From a virus (taxonomy: Duplodnaviria > Caudoviricetes), in IMG/VR virus record IMGVR_UViG_3300049192_000034, positions 1 through 47,142 of that record: 47,142 nucleotides of DNA; one strand, given 5' to 3'. Made by a program: the position numbers and the translations under genes. Shown one piece after another: positions 34,221 to 43,752 of this stretch. Each line of letters starts with the position of its first letter. Within the stretch, counting starts at the first letter, position 1. Below the pieces are notes generated by a model that had not been told where the DNA came from, did not search any database, and saw only the letters and a program-made list of their open reading frames with translations.

Positions 34221-35092
34221 GTGGTCACCTTCAGCACTGAGGCGGTTACCGCATCGATCGAGAGCGTCAGTCGAAAGACCTGACCGGAGACGAGCTCAAT
34301 CGCGACGCGCGTATCGAACCTGCGCGCCTCCGAGTCGTACGTGGCTTCGGCCTCAGCACTCGAAACACGCTCGTCTTTCAGGCACTCGCTCTCGATAGCG
34401 GAGGCGATCGCGAACGCGGTCCCGGACTCCTCGACGTCCTGCTCGAGCCAGTCGCGCAAGTCGGTCCCGAAATCCGGGTCGTACGCGAGCGCCCCGCGCG
34501 GGGTCACGAGCCTGCGGGAGACCGCTTCGGCGACTGCCTGCGTGCCCGTAATGAGCGTGAAGTTGGGGTCTAGGTCGAGCGTTTCCTCGATTGGATTCGT
34601 GAGGAACGTGGAGACGTCCCGACCGTAGTCCGTGGGCGACACGAACGCGGCCAGCGTGGGGTCTTCACCCTCGGTGACACGCTCCTCGACGCTCGTGAGA
34701 TACGCCTGAAACGATGCCCGTACCGCACGCCCCAGAGCCGCGCGCGTGGTGTGGGCGAAGGCTACGACCGCGTCGTCCTTGACCGCGACCACCGCAGGCG
34801 TGGCCAGCGAGTCGAAGTCTCCACCATCCTCACGCTCTGGAGTGAGCGCCACGCTCAGAGCGGTAGGCGTCACCGCGCCGACGTATGCATCGCTCGTGGC
34901 AGACAGCTGGAGGCCGAGAGCCGTGGCGTACGCGGTGGCGTCCGTGGCACTCGCGCCGATGGCGACTACGACCACGTAGTAGCTGGAGCCGTGGAGACTC
35001 GCGCCCGTGGACAGGGCGAGATCAACAGCGGCGTCAAGCGTCGGATTCGACGCAAATTCTCGTGCCGCCACGAGTGCTGCGGTGGTGGCCAT
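34217..35092 (-). CDS. Baseplate gp25/gpW-like protein with ~150-aa N-terminal extension
   Basis: RRLVTPRGAL.YDPDFGTDL..IESECLKDERV. Confidence 0.75.
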   Translation of the reverse strand: MATTAALVAAREFASNPTLDAAVDLALSTGASLHGSSYYVVVVAIGASATDATAYATALGLQLSATSDAYVGAVTPTALSVALTPEREDGGDFDSLATPAVVAVKDDAVVAFAHTTRAALGRAVRASFQAYLTSVEERVTEGEDPTLAAFVSPTDYGRDVSTFLTNPIEETLDLDPNFTLITGTQAVAEAVSRRLVTPRGALAYDPDFGTDLRDWLEQDVEESGTAFAIASAIESECLKDERVSSAEAEATYDSEARRFDTRVAIELVSGQVFRLTLSIDAVTASVLKVTT

Positions 35093-35111
35093 CGAGCGGT
35101 AGGCTCCTCAG

Positions 35112-35501
35112 ATGAGAAAACTTGTGGTTGCAGCAGCCCTGCTGGGTGCATGCGGGACGTCGGTCGCGGAGCGCGTACCGGAGGCTGTGGACGCGGCTAT
35201 CGACGTCCTGGTGGACGTGCCGGACGCGCACGCTGGCGAGGACGCTGGTGTGGCGGAAGGGTGGACGCGCGTAGAGGCGGCGTGTGCGCAGCACGCCGTC
35301 GACGGCGCCCCACCGCTCTACTTTGCTGACGTCGCCATGCCGGGGCGTTCTAAAGAGGATCTATCGAGATCCGTCGTGATGGTGTGCGCCGGATTCGAAT
35401 ACTGCTTTGCGGCCAGCGTGCAGGTGAAAAATGAAGCCATTCGACACGTTTGTCAGAAGGCCTCCGACCAGGTGGTCTTCATGATTCCGCCTAGGCTTTG
35501 A
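35112..35501 (+). CDS. Lipoprotein moron in antisense orientation
   Basis: MRKLVVAAALLGAC lipobox; fills the gap between two baseplate genes. Confidence 0.7.
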   Translation: MRKLVVAAALLGACGTSVAERVPEAVDAAIDVLVDVPDAHAGEDAGVAEGWTRVEAACAQHAVDGAPPLYFADVAMPGRSKEDLSRSVVMVCAGFEYCFAASVQVKNEAIRHVCQKASDQVVFMIPPRL

Positions 35502-36678
35502 GCTTCACGCCGTTGGGGTTGATTGCGCCAACGAGGTTGATGCTGGTAACCACGCTGCTTGAGCTTGCGGCGGCTGCAGTCGCTGCCGCCAGTGCTGCCT
35601 CTCGCACCGCAGTGGCGGTGGTCCCATCCACGTAACCGATGAGAGATACGGCGCCCGCGGCGGTCGTTGTCACTATGAGCATCCCACAGTCCACCGTGTC
35701 AGTCGCGCGCGCAACGCTCAGTGAGCCTCCAGCCACGCTGATACTCTCAACCGCCGTCCCCTCATCCCACAACGCAGCCATCGGCCGCGTGCGGTCTCCG
35801 TTCTCGTACTGCACCCGCACACGCTGCCCTGAGGCGACCGTGACGCGCGTGCCGGGGAGCCCGGAGCGGATCGGAACCTTGGTCCACCCGATGGGGGCGT
35901 GGGTCGTGTCGTCCGCCTTGATCTCCAGCGTGCCGTCCGGGGCCTGACCGACCACGGTCCCCGCGTACGTGCGGAGCGCGTCGACGTCAGGACCGAGACG
36001 CGTCACCGCCTGCGAGAGCAGAGAGCCGAGCGACCCACCGAACGACGCACGCGTACGCACCGCGTCGGACTCGAACGTGTGTACGACCTCGTGCAGCTGC
36101 TGTCCGAGAAACGTCACCCCGGGGCGGAGACGAGGGGTCTCGGAGGCGATCGTTACGCTCCCCGCGGCCATGTCTTGGCCGAGCAGCGAGTGCGCGAACG
36201 TCACAGTGGGCCAGGTGTGAACGCCTACCCACACGGAGCCGTCGTCCAGCGTCCGCCACTGCGAGCCGGTCTGGCTGGCTAGCGAGTTCAGAGCCGTGAT
36301 CGCGTCCCCCGCAGGACGGCTCCACGACGTAAGCACGCGGTCCAGCGTCGCGGAGTCGCTCGTGCCGCTCAGGGTCTCCCCTGATGCCAGCATGAGGTCC
36401 GCAAGCACCGTCCGCACCGTGACTGACGTGTAGAACTTAGGCGTGAGCGGGGTCGTGAGCCCACCCGCGCCAGGCACCACACGCACGCGCGAGCGCTCTG
36501 CGAACGTGCCGCCACGCTCAACCGTGCCGCGCAGCTCCATGCCCGCGGTCTTGAGGACCACGCGCCCGGTAGGTGCTGCGGCGGCATCGATCGCAACGTC
36601 TGCCTCCCAACGGCCCACGTGCGGCATGCGCACCTCTGCGGAGCGGACGCGGATGCCGTTGAGGGTTACGAGGCTCAT
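35491..36678 (-). CDS. Baseplate hub/spike protein
   Basis: Hub-like N-terminus; OB-like C-terminal part (YAGTVV..GQRVRVQYENGDRTRP). Confidence 0.7.
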   Translation of the reverse strand: MSLVTLNGIRVRSAEVRMPHVGRWEADVAIDAAAAPTGRVVLKTAGMELRGTVERGGTFAERSRVRVVPGAGGLTTPLTPKFYTSVTVRTVLADLMLASGETLSGTSDSATLDRVLTSWSRPAGDAITALNSLASQTGSQWRTLDDGSVWVGVHTWPTVTFAHSLLGQDMAAGSVTIASETPRLRPGVTFLGQQLHEVVHTFESDAVRTRASFGGSLGSLLSQAVTRLGPDVDALRTYAGTVVGQAPDGTLEIKADDTTHAPIGWTKVPIRSGLPGTRVTVASGQRVRVQYENGDRTRPMAALWDEGTAVESISVAGGSLSVARATDTVDCGMLIVTTTAAGAVSLIGYVDGTTATAVREAALAAATAAAASSSSVVTSINLVGAINPNGVKLKA

Positions 36679-37250
36679 TTGGGTGCGGGCGCTCCGGCCT
36701 TGCTCGGGGCTACGGGTGCGGGCGATGGCGTAGTGTTCGGGGGCTTGGCGGGGTCGAGCGCGTTGCCGAACCCGGCAATCGCTGCCTGCGACTGTTTCGG
36801 GGTCGACGTTGCCACCTTCTTCGGGGGCGGCGCGAACTCGATGCAGTTTAGCGTGTACTTCACGATCCCATCAGCGTCTGGCATCGTGGGTCCGTCGACG
36901 CTCTCGACAAACAGCGACTTGAGCCCGTGCAGGACGAGGATCGGGTGAACGAAGTCCCGAGGCTTCGGCGCCTCCTTGCCAGGCTTCGGGAGGATGGACT
37001 CCAGAAGAAGCTGCAGGCGTTCCAAGTGAGGCTCACGCCAGCACTTCATGCTGATCGTCACCTCTGCGAGCTCGTAGCCCTGAAACGTTAGGGTTGCCCC
37101 GTTTGCTCCGGGCGCGACTTTCTTATCGAGCTTGGTCTTGCGCGAGACCTCTATCGATTCGACGATGCCAGGCGCAACAGTGCCCTTCATGCCGATATAG
37201 AGCGCGTCCCACGTCTGCGGGTCATCGTTCCAGAAAGGTACTTTAGGCAC
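36675..37250 (-). CDS. Tail tube initiator-like protein
   Basis: Position after the tape measure; GTG start. Confidence 0.6.
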   Translation of the reverse strand: MPKVPFWNDDPQTWDALYIGMKGTVAPGIVESIEVSRKTKLDKKVAPGANGATLTFQGYELAEVTISMKCWREPHLERLQLLLESILPKPGKEAPKPRDFVHPILVLHGLKSLFVESVDGPTMPDADGIVKYTLNCIEFAPPPKKVATSTPKQSQAAIAGFGNALDPAKPPNTTPSPAPVAPSKAGAPAPK

Positions 37251-37252
37251 TG

Positions 37253-39046
37253 CTACGTCCCCTGAACTGCTGCACCGGGCTGCGCGAAGTCGCGGAGGAT
37301 TGCTCGCAGTTCGTCGCGCACGCTGCTCGAGACCACCGACGCAAGCTGCTTGGCGTCACCGCCTGCACCTGCGCCGTCGACGTTGACCTGGATGGTGATG
37401 TCGCCCGTAGACGACCCACCGAGACCACCAAGCGACGGAGCCGATGGCGCTGCCACCATGCCCCCGAGGAGGCCGGCGGTGTTCGCTCCGCCCTGCTGCA
37501 AGCCGACGTTGAAGCCTTCGGCGGTATACCCACCGAGCTCCATCATCACACGCGACGGGGAGGCGATGCCGAGCGCCTGCTTGACCGTGGCGGGCAACAT
37601 GTCCAGCAAGCCCTTGAACCCCTGAATCATGCCGGCCCAGGCGGCTTTGATACCGCCCCAGATGCCGTTGACGATGTTGGTGCCGAAGTCCCAGCAGGTC
37701 TTGAAGAACTCCACCGTCTTGAACGCGAACAGGGCCAGCATGTCGACGGCCCAGAGCACGCCATCCACGATCGCTTTCGCGACCACGTAGAGCACATACC
37801 CCACACCGGCGAGTCCAACCGCAACCCACGTAAGCGCTGCGACGCACACGCCTACCGCGCGACCGACCTTGGTCATCGTCTCGGCGAACGTCATCGCCTT
37901 GCCGTCGGTGCCGCGGAAGAGATCCATAAGCGGACCCATGGCGCCCTTAAACCCGTCGAACATCGCGTAAGCGGCATTCTTGAGGCCCACAACGATGTCT
38001 ACGACCGACGTCAGCGTGGCCGCCCAGTCGATGTTCGCGAGGAACTCGCCTGCGTCCTTGGCAATCGCGTTGAAGATGCCCGCGAGCTGGTCGCCCATAG
38101 GGGAGCCGACCTTGAGGAGCGCGTTGATCTTCGCAAACGCTGCGATGACCGGCTCGATGTTCATATTTTCGAACAGCGACCCGATACGGCTCTTGAGGGT
38201 CGAGATTTGACCCTCGTACGACCCTGAGCCGAACTTCACCGTGGCGCCACCGATAGCCTCGCCACCCTGACCCGTCGCTTTGGACGTGGCCTTCATGATG
38301 GCCAAGATTGCGGTCGCAGAGTCGACTCGGCCTGCACTGATTTCCTTGAGCGCGGCCTCGCCGTTCTTCAGCTTCTTAATCTCGGCAATCTGCTCGGCAA
38401 TCTGCTTGACGCCGACGATGCCGCCGCTCGCCATTGCGAGTTCCTGCAGTGGGTCGAGCGTGGCCTTGCCAGTGGCCTGAAGCTTCAGGACCGCATTCGT
38501 CATGCGGTCGATCGTCTCCTGCGACTTTGCCGGGTCGAGCGAAGCAACGTCGAAGATCGACGCCATCACGTTCTTCGACGATGCGACGTCGAACCCGGAG
38601 CCCTTGAGCGCCTTAAACGTGTTGAACACATCGCGCGCCTCGAAAGGCGTGTTGTCCGCGATGTTGTCGATCTCTTTATAGACCTTCTCGGCCTCAGCGC
38701 GGCTACCAAGCATCAGCTCGAACGCCTGCACCATGTTGCGCTTGAACGACGCAGCATCGATCGCGAAGTGCGCACCGACCGCGAGGAGGCCACCGCCGAC
38801 GATTGCCCCGCCGCCCAAGGTGCCCATGAATCCGATTAGCTTGTCGAAGCCTTCGCCAACCGTCTTCAGGGCACCGCCTGCAGACTTCTTGAACTTGGTC
38901 CAGATGGACTGCGTAAACCGGCCGGTCGACTTGTCGCGGCCGGCCTTTACGATCTTGTCGTTCAGACCTTTTAGCGCCCGACCGATCTTGTTCGCCGGAC
39001 CACTCATCCGGTCGATGAGCGAAAAATACCACTGAAGGCGGTTCAT
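37253..39046 (-). CDS. Tape measure protein
   Basis: LIDRMSGPA, TPFE, IVNGIWGGI, LGIASPSRVM. Confidence 0.9.
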   Translation of the reverse strand: MNRLQWYFSLIDRMSGPANKIGRALKGLNDKIVKAGRDKSTGRFTQSIWTKFKKSAGGALKTVGEGFDKLIGFMGTLGGGAIVGGGLLAVGAHFAIDAASFKRNMVQAFELMLGSRAEAEKVYKEIDNIADNTPFEARDVFNTFKALKGSGFDVASSKNVMASIFDVASLDPAKSQETIDRMTNAVLKLQATGKATLDPLQELAMASGGIVGVKQIAEQIAEIKKLKNGEAALKEISAGRVDSATAILAIMKATSKATGQGGEAIGGATVKFGSGSYEGQISTLKSRIGSLFENMNIEPVIAAFAKINALLKVGSPMGDQLAGIFNAIAKDAGEFLANIDWAATLTSVVDIVVGLKNAAYAMFDGFKGAMGPLMDLFRGTDGKAMTFAETMTKVGRAVGVCVAALTWVAVGLAGVGYVLYVVAKAIVDGVLWAVDMLALFAFKTVEFFKTCWDFGTNIVNGIWGGIKAAWAGMIQGFKGLLDMLPATVKQALGIASPSRVMMELGGYTAEGFNVGLQQGGANTAGLLGGMVAAPSAPSLGGLGGSSTGDITIQVNVDGAGAGGDAKQLASVVSSSVRDELRAILRDFAQPGAAVQGT

Positions 39047-39231
39047 TTGCCTCGACTCAGGCCCTGCATCAGGGCATCAAACTGCATTAGGAACCGCGCT
39101 ATCAGCGCCCCGCCCACTAAGCCGTCCTCGGTTTCCTCACCGGTGACGGCCATTCGCATGGCGGCAATCACACAATCTCCACCCGCAGCCACGTCGCGCG
39201 TAGCGGCATGGAAGCGGGCTAGAGCTTTTTT
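39043..39231 (-). CDS. Tail chaperone -1 frameshift extension (gpGT-like)
   Basis: A-AAA-AAG slippery site at 39231-39225; the -1 frame is open to a TGA overlapping the tape-measure ATG. Confidence 0.8.
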   Translation of the reverse strand, partial: KKALARFHAATRDVAAGGDCVIAAMRMAVTGEETEDGLVGGALIARFLMQFDALMQGLSRGK

Positions 39232-39536
39232 GCGTCTTTCAGCTCCTCGCCAGAGGCAGCCTCGATGACTGCACCCGCGACTCGCATCGACACACCGGGA
39301 CGACGGTTCAGGAGCGCATCGAAATCAGCCTTCGACGGGTAGACCACAACCTCGCGTGCGAGGAGGTCGTCTGCATCCGGCTTCTTCTTCTCGTCCGAGG
39401 CCATCGCCTTAAACTTCCGGAACTCTTGGCGCGTGGGGCAACGGAAGGCGATCGGCTGTCCGCCGTCGACTTCAATCACCCACACTTCGCCGTGTTCTTC
39501 CTTCAGCTTCTCGATCGTCTCTTCACTCAGCGACAT
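39219..39536 (-). CDS. Tail assembly chaperone (gpG-like)
   Basis: Between tube and tape measure; ends AKKL. Confidence 0.85.
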   Translation of the reverse strand: MSLSEETIEKLKEEHGEVWVIEVDGGQPIAFRCPTRQEFRKFKAMASDEKKKPDADDLLAREVVVYPSKADFDALLNRRPGVSMRVAGAVIEAASGEELKDAKKL

Positions 39537-39558
39537 ATTCCCTCCTCCTCAGCGCCCC

Positions 39559-40023
39559 TCAGCGCAGAACCTTGCTCATACCGATCTTGCCGTTGCGCTC
39601 GATGCGCTGGACGCGCAGGTCGATCTTCACTTCCAGGGCGTCACCGCCCGCGGAGTGAGAGTCTTCGACCTTCTTAATCCGACAGCCGTACAGGACGTCC
39701 GTCTGGAGCGTCTTGCCAGGTTCGCTGTAGCTCACGCTCGCAACGAACTGCGTCTCCATCCAGCCCTTACCCTCGGAGTCCGAGAGCAGAGCAATCAGGT
39801 TCGGCAGCTCCTCCTTGAAGATCGTCATGCTGCCCTCGGCCTTGTACTGGCCGCGGGTGACGCCGATCGAGTGAGCGTACGTGCCGTACACTTCGCCGGG
39901 CTCCATCTCGTCGGAGTAGGAAATCTCCTTAACGCCGACGAACTTGGTGCCCTTAATATCGAGCTCGATGCTCGTGTAATCGAACTTATTCCCCGAGTTA
40001 TCGGGATAGGAAATCGTCGGCAT
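39559..40023 (-). CDS. Tail tube protein
   Basis: Follows the sheath gene; ISYSD..VYG..RGQYKAEGS. Confidence 0.8.
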   Translation of the reverse strand: MPTISYPDNSGNKFDYTSIELDIKGTKFVGVKEISYSDEMEPGEVYGTYAHSIGVTRGQYKAEGSMTIFKEELPNLIALLSDSEGKGWMETQFVASVSYSEPGKTLQTDVLYGCRIKKVEDSHSAGGDALEVKIDLRVQRIERNGKIGMSKVLR

Positions 40024-41504
40024 CAGCTCACCACCTGAAGCGCCGGGTTATTGAATCCGATATTCGCGCTGATCGCGTTCACGTAGCCCTTAGGCGTGAT
40101 TCGGATCTGCACCTTGAGCGTCGGCGTGCTCAGGAGATTCGTGTCTCGGTTGACCGTGACGGCCACCGCGGAGGCGTGTCCGGGGGACGTCAGCGCATCG
40201 CGGAGTGCAGACTCCACGCGCTTCTCGATGGCCACCGCGTCGGCTTCGAGGATCTTGCCGGTCGTCGCGTTGATACGGACGTCGGCTTCCAGGTAGTCGA
40301 CCAGGACCCCGTAAGCGACCACACACGCTCGGTCCATCACGCGCCCGTTCTGGAGCGTGCGGAAGTCCGAGGTGGACTGAGCCATCGTGTTCGACTGCGT
40401 GACGAACGCGCCGGCCTTGCCGATGTGCGTGCGGAGCGTGGCGAACCGCGCACCGTCGAGCGTCGAGCGCGTACGGCTATCGAGATGCGAGACCGTGCCG
40501 GTGGCGTTCTTCAACGCGACACCCGCACCGAGCGAGCCACGGCCCACCCAGGCCATCGACTCGTGAATCGGCACCTGACGCGCGCGCTGCACCATCGGCC
40601 AGGAGGCTGGGCGCTTCTGCTTGCGACCGGAGACGAGCGCCGACGTGAACTCGCAGGAGCCCGCAGCGGCAACGCACCGGGGAGCGTCCGTGGACACGAA
40701 CGCGGTGGCCAGCAGGCCATCGGCGGTCGAGTCGTTCGCGACGTCGGGACCGTCGCAGATCGCACGCGCGTAGCGGTACGCGGTGGCCGCGGTGTCCAGC
40801 TTCGTCTGGACCGCAGCGACCATCGCGGCGAACGCGGTGGCCTTGAGCGTGTCGCTCGCGCCAGAGGGTCGACCGACGATGTGAACGAGCCCGAACTGGT
40901 TCGTCGACGCAAGGAGCGTGTCCAGCGCCGTACCCATCTTCGTGGTCGTGTACGTGGCCGCGGTGCAGGTGAACGAGTAGATGTCCCCCGCAACGTAGGT
41001 ACCGGCCGTGAACGCGATCGTCAGCCCCGAATTCGGGATGGCGTACGTGGCCGCCGAAACGATCGTCGCACTCCAGGTGTCGCCACCGTCGAGCGAGTAC
41101 TGGAACGTCGCAGTGGCGACCGCGCCTCCGGCAACGATCTTCACCTGCACTTCGTAGTCGTCATACCCAGTGCCGACGGAGACCGTCACACCAGGGTTGA
41201 GACCAGTGCCAGTGAGGGTCACCGCGCTCGACGCCGCAGCGGTGCCACCCGTGGTGTCCGCACGCACGACGAAGACAGCCGAGCCGTCGGTGCTGAGCGC
41301 ACTGGCAGCAGCCTCGGGGCCTGGCCCGTACCCAAGCTCGCTCTTGAGCGTGGAGATCGAATCAGCGGACTGATAAGAATAGACAGTGGTATCGGCAGTG
41401 CCAGACGAGCACGTGCCGATGATTGCCGTCGCAGCCGACGAGTCCGCGGGGACTACGCCCAGCGCACCATCGGTGACGGTAACGGTAACAGCGGGAATCG
41501 CCAT
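40023..41504 (-). CDS. Contractile tail sheath protein
   Basis: P.V.VTVTDGALG N-terminus; SDF..QNGRVMD..I.PKGY C-terminus. Confidence 0.85.
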   Translation of the reverse strand: MAIPAVTVTVTDGALGVVPADSSAATAIIGTCSSGTADTTVYSYQSADSISTLKSELGYGPGPEAAASALSTDGSAVFVVRADTTGGTAAASSAVTLTGTGLNPGVTVSVGTGYDDYEVQVKIVAGGAVATATFQYSLDGGDTWSATIVSAATYAIPNSGLTIAFTAGTYVAGDIYSFTCTAATYTTTKMGTALDTLLASTNQFGLVHIVGRPSGASDTLKATAFAAMVAAVQTKLDTAATAYRYARAICDGPDVANDSTADGLLATAFVSTDAPRCVAAAGSCEFTSALVSGRKQKRPASWPMVQRARQVPIHESMAWVGRGSLGAGVALKNATGTVSHLDSRTRSTLDGARFATLRTHIGKAGAFVTQSNTMAQSTSDFRTLQNGRVMDRACVVAYGVLVDYLEADVRINATTGKILEADAVAIEKRVESALRDALTSPGHASAVAVTVNRDTNLLSTPTLKVQIRITPKGYVNAISANIGFNNPALQVVS

Positions 41505-41515
41505 CGCTTAGGTCC

Positions 41516-41737
41516 TTATTTCCAAGTGATCGCGTCGGCGTTTTCCACGCCCTCCGCGAACTCATCTTCCGTCAGCGCGGCGCCCTTATCCGTCGCGATC
41601 CAAGCCCCCTCAGGCTTCGTCGCCCAGCCGTTCAGCACCCAGGTAAAGACATCCAGAAACCCGGTCCACTGCCCGCTATGCGACGCATTGAGTTCGCCGG
41701 CCTTCTCGGTCGACCACTCGAAAACACTCTTCGTCAT
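41516..41737 (-). CDS. Small hypothetical protein upstream of the sheath
   Basis: ATGA coupling; MTKSVFEW. Confidence 0.65.
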   Translation of the reverse strand: MTKSVFEWSTEKAGELNASHSGQWTGFLDVFTWVLNGWATKPEGAWIATDKGAALTEDEFAEGVENADAITWK

Positions 41738-42297
41738 TCCTCGCCACCCTGAAGAATGCCGTCTCCCTCGACTGCGTCTGTCGCGTCGCGCGGGTCTACG
41801 GCTGTAATCGAAACCGTCTCGATAACGTCGTTCGCGACGTCCGTTTCGGGGATGCTGGTGCCAGTCGCAGTCGGCACCTCGACAGAGACCGCCGGGACGT
41901 AGACCGTCATCGACTGCACGAGCGCGTAGCCGTTCCGGCTCCACTCGGGATACGCCCAGGTCGCAGAGCCGAACTCGCAACCACCAGGCCCGAACCCCGC
42001 ATCGCGCACCGCACGCATCAGCGCGAGACGCATGCGTTCGCAATCTGTGCGAGTAGCGCCCCAGCAGGCGACGTCCCACACGTGGGCATCGAGCTGGAGC
42101 GCTTTCGGATTGCGTGTGCCCCAGTTCTCGCCTGGGCCCTTTTCGTCGCCGTACTCGATGGAGCGAGGCTCCCAGACGTACATCGGCGGATAAGTGTCCG
42201 GCGTGCCGGAGTCTTGCAGCTTGCGCGTGTTATCGCGGGACGCAGCGACGTATTGCAGTGCCGCAGACACTGCGTCGTAAACGGTCTGGAATCCCAC
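41734..42297 (-). CDS. Tail terminator/completion protein
   Basis: Synteny. Confidence 0.6.
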   Translation of the reverse strand: MGFQTVYDAVSAALQYVAASRDNTRKLQDSGTPDTYPPMYVWEPRSIEYGDEKGPGENWGTRNPKALQLDAHVWDVACWGATRTDCERMRLALMRAVRDAGFGPGGCEFGSATWAYPEWSRNGYALVQSMTVYVPAVSVEVPTATGTSIPETDVANDVIETVSITAVDPRDATDAVEGDGILQGGEE

Positions 42298-42767
42298 TAC
42301 TCACCCGTGAACCAGTCGCGCACGACTGAGGAGAATCGCTCGCTAAACGCCTGTTCCCAGATGGGACCCCAGGTCCCCTCCGGCACCATCTGGCGCTTAG
42401 GAATCGTGACCTGCTTCATGCGGTACCAGGCGCCACCGACCGAGAACGTCAACCAGGGGTTGCCCTTGATCGTCGCGCCATACTGGTGAGTCGCCGCGTA
42501 GGGCGCACCCGCAGTGAGCACGAATCCGCCGCCGCTGAGGGCCACCGTGTACTCAGCAAGGTTCCCCTCGTCGCGGAGTGGTGCACCCGCACGCAGCTTG
42601 AGAGGCGCCCACGGCTTGCCGTACGGGTCTCGGGACTCCGCAAACGACCGGCGCACCTGACGGCGTGCCTCGATTGCGCCCTCCTGCTGGAGGCGCGTGC
42701 TGAGGCCGCCCTTGGAGAAGCGCATGACCAGCGAGGCCAGCGCTCCGAAGTCGCCTGTAAGCTTCAT
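42297..42767 (-). CDS. Virion morphogenesis protein (Mu gpG / P2 gpS-like)
   Basis: DPYGKPWAPL, YAATHQYGATI, IPKR. Confidence 0.85.
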   Translation of the reverse strand: MKLTGDFGALASLVMRFSKGGLSTRLQQEGAIEARRQVRRSFAESRDPYGKPWAPLKLRAGAPLRDEGNLAEYTVALSGGGFVLTAGAPYAATHQYGATIKGNPWLTFSVGGAWYRMKQVTIPKRQMVPEGTWGPIWEQAFSERFSSVVRDWFTGE

Positions 42768-43228
42768 GCGGGGGCGTTTGCTGCGGGCTCGAGAACGAGC
42801 TCGATGCGGAGTGGCTTGGAGAAGTCCCGGCTCACCGCGCGGAAATACGAGTCGACCCCAGGCCCGACGACGCGATACAGAATCTGCTTCGCTTCACCCG
42901 TGGCTGCGTCGAATCCGCTGTATGCGTATCCGCCCGTCGTCCACTCGGGGGTGAGTGGGCCAACGATGAACGAGCCCTCTTTGAACAGGTGCCCTGAGCC
43001 GAGCAGCTGCTTAATCTGGTCCGGGGATGCCTCACGCACGCGCGGGTTTGACCCGTTGCAGGTGAGTGCCTGCGAGGCTTCGGTGTACGCCCCGCGGCCG
43101 ACAGTGCCGCTGGCCCACGTGCGCGTAATGCGCGTGACTGCGTACTGCCTGAGCTCCAGGCTACTGCGTCCCATAACCCCGCGTGCGACGTCGAGATATT
43201 GCAGGACGGTCGCGCGAAAACTAGGCAT
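42764..43228 (-). CDS. Head closure protein (putative)
   Basis: Synteny; start MPSFRA. Confidence 0.55.
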   Translation of the reverse strand: MPSFRATVLQYLDVARGVMGRSSLELRQYAVTRITRTWASGTVGRGAYTEASQALTCNGSNPRVREASPDQIKQLLGSGHLFKEGSFIVGPLTPEWTTGGYAYSGFDAATGEAKQILYRVVGPGVDSYFRAVSRDFSKPLRIELVLEPAANAPA

Positions 43229-43589
43229 CGCGCATCCGTCCGCCACCGAGCTTCGGGGCGGTCCACACGTCTCGATACGGCTGGAACTCCAGCGCGTCCG
43301 AGATGACACCGACCAGCATGCGACCTCGATGGATCGCGAACTGGTAGCGGTATCCGAAGTCGATCCGCGTATCGCCGTCGTTCAGCGCCATCGCGGCTGC
43401 GACGCACTCATCCAGCTGCGTCTGGACAGTCGCCAGCGCCGTCAGCGTGTCTCGGATGAGGGTCTCAGTCGCTGCGTGACTCTCGGCGGTTGTGATTGCG
43501 CTTTCGAGTCGCGGGTCGCTCGTGATGTGGAAGCGACTCGCTCCCAGATACCGGCGCACATTCGCTTTCTCGGTCTCGCTGAATGCCAT
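43221..43589 (-). CDS. Head-tail adaptor (putative)
   Basis: MAFSETEKANVRRYLG; helical; synteny. Confidence 0.65.
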   Translation of the reverse strand: MAFSETEKANVRRYLGASRFHITSDPRLESAITTAESHAATETLIRDTLTALATVQTQLDECVAAAMALNDGDTRIDFGYRYQFAIHRGRMLVGVISDALEFQPYRDVWTAPKLGGGRMRDA

Positions 43590-43752
43590 CGATCCTCACC
43601 AGCTGCGGTGCAATCTTCGGCACCAGCGAATCAATGCACGGAGGCACCGTGCAAACTCCGCCCGGAACCGCGACGACTTCGACCGCTTGGCCGTGATCGT
43701 CGCGGTACCGAACGAACACCGGCACACCCATTGGGTTATGCCAGTCAGACAT
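43465..43752 (-). CDS. Small hypothetical protein after the capsid gene
   Basis: TGATG coupling to the MCP; 3' part overlaps the next gene by 125 nt. Confidence 0.45.
   Translation of the reverse strand: MSDWHNPMGVPVFVRYRDDHGQAVEVVAVPGGVCTVPPCIDSLVPKIAPQLVRIDGIQRDRESECAPVSGSESLPHHERPATRKRNHNRRESRSD

Noticed and set aside
40176-41807. 543-aa plus-strand ORF
   Set aside because: Antisense shadow of the tail sheath; Arg-rich and motif-free
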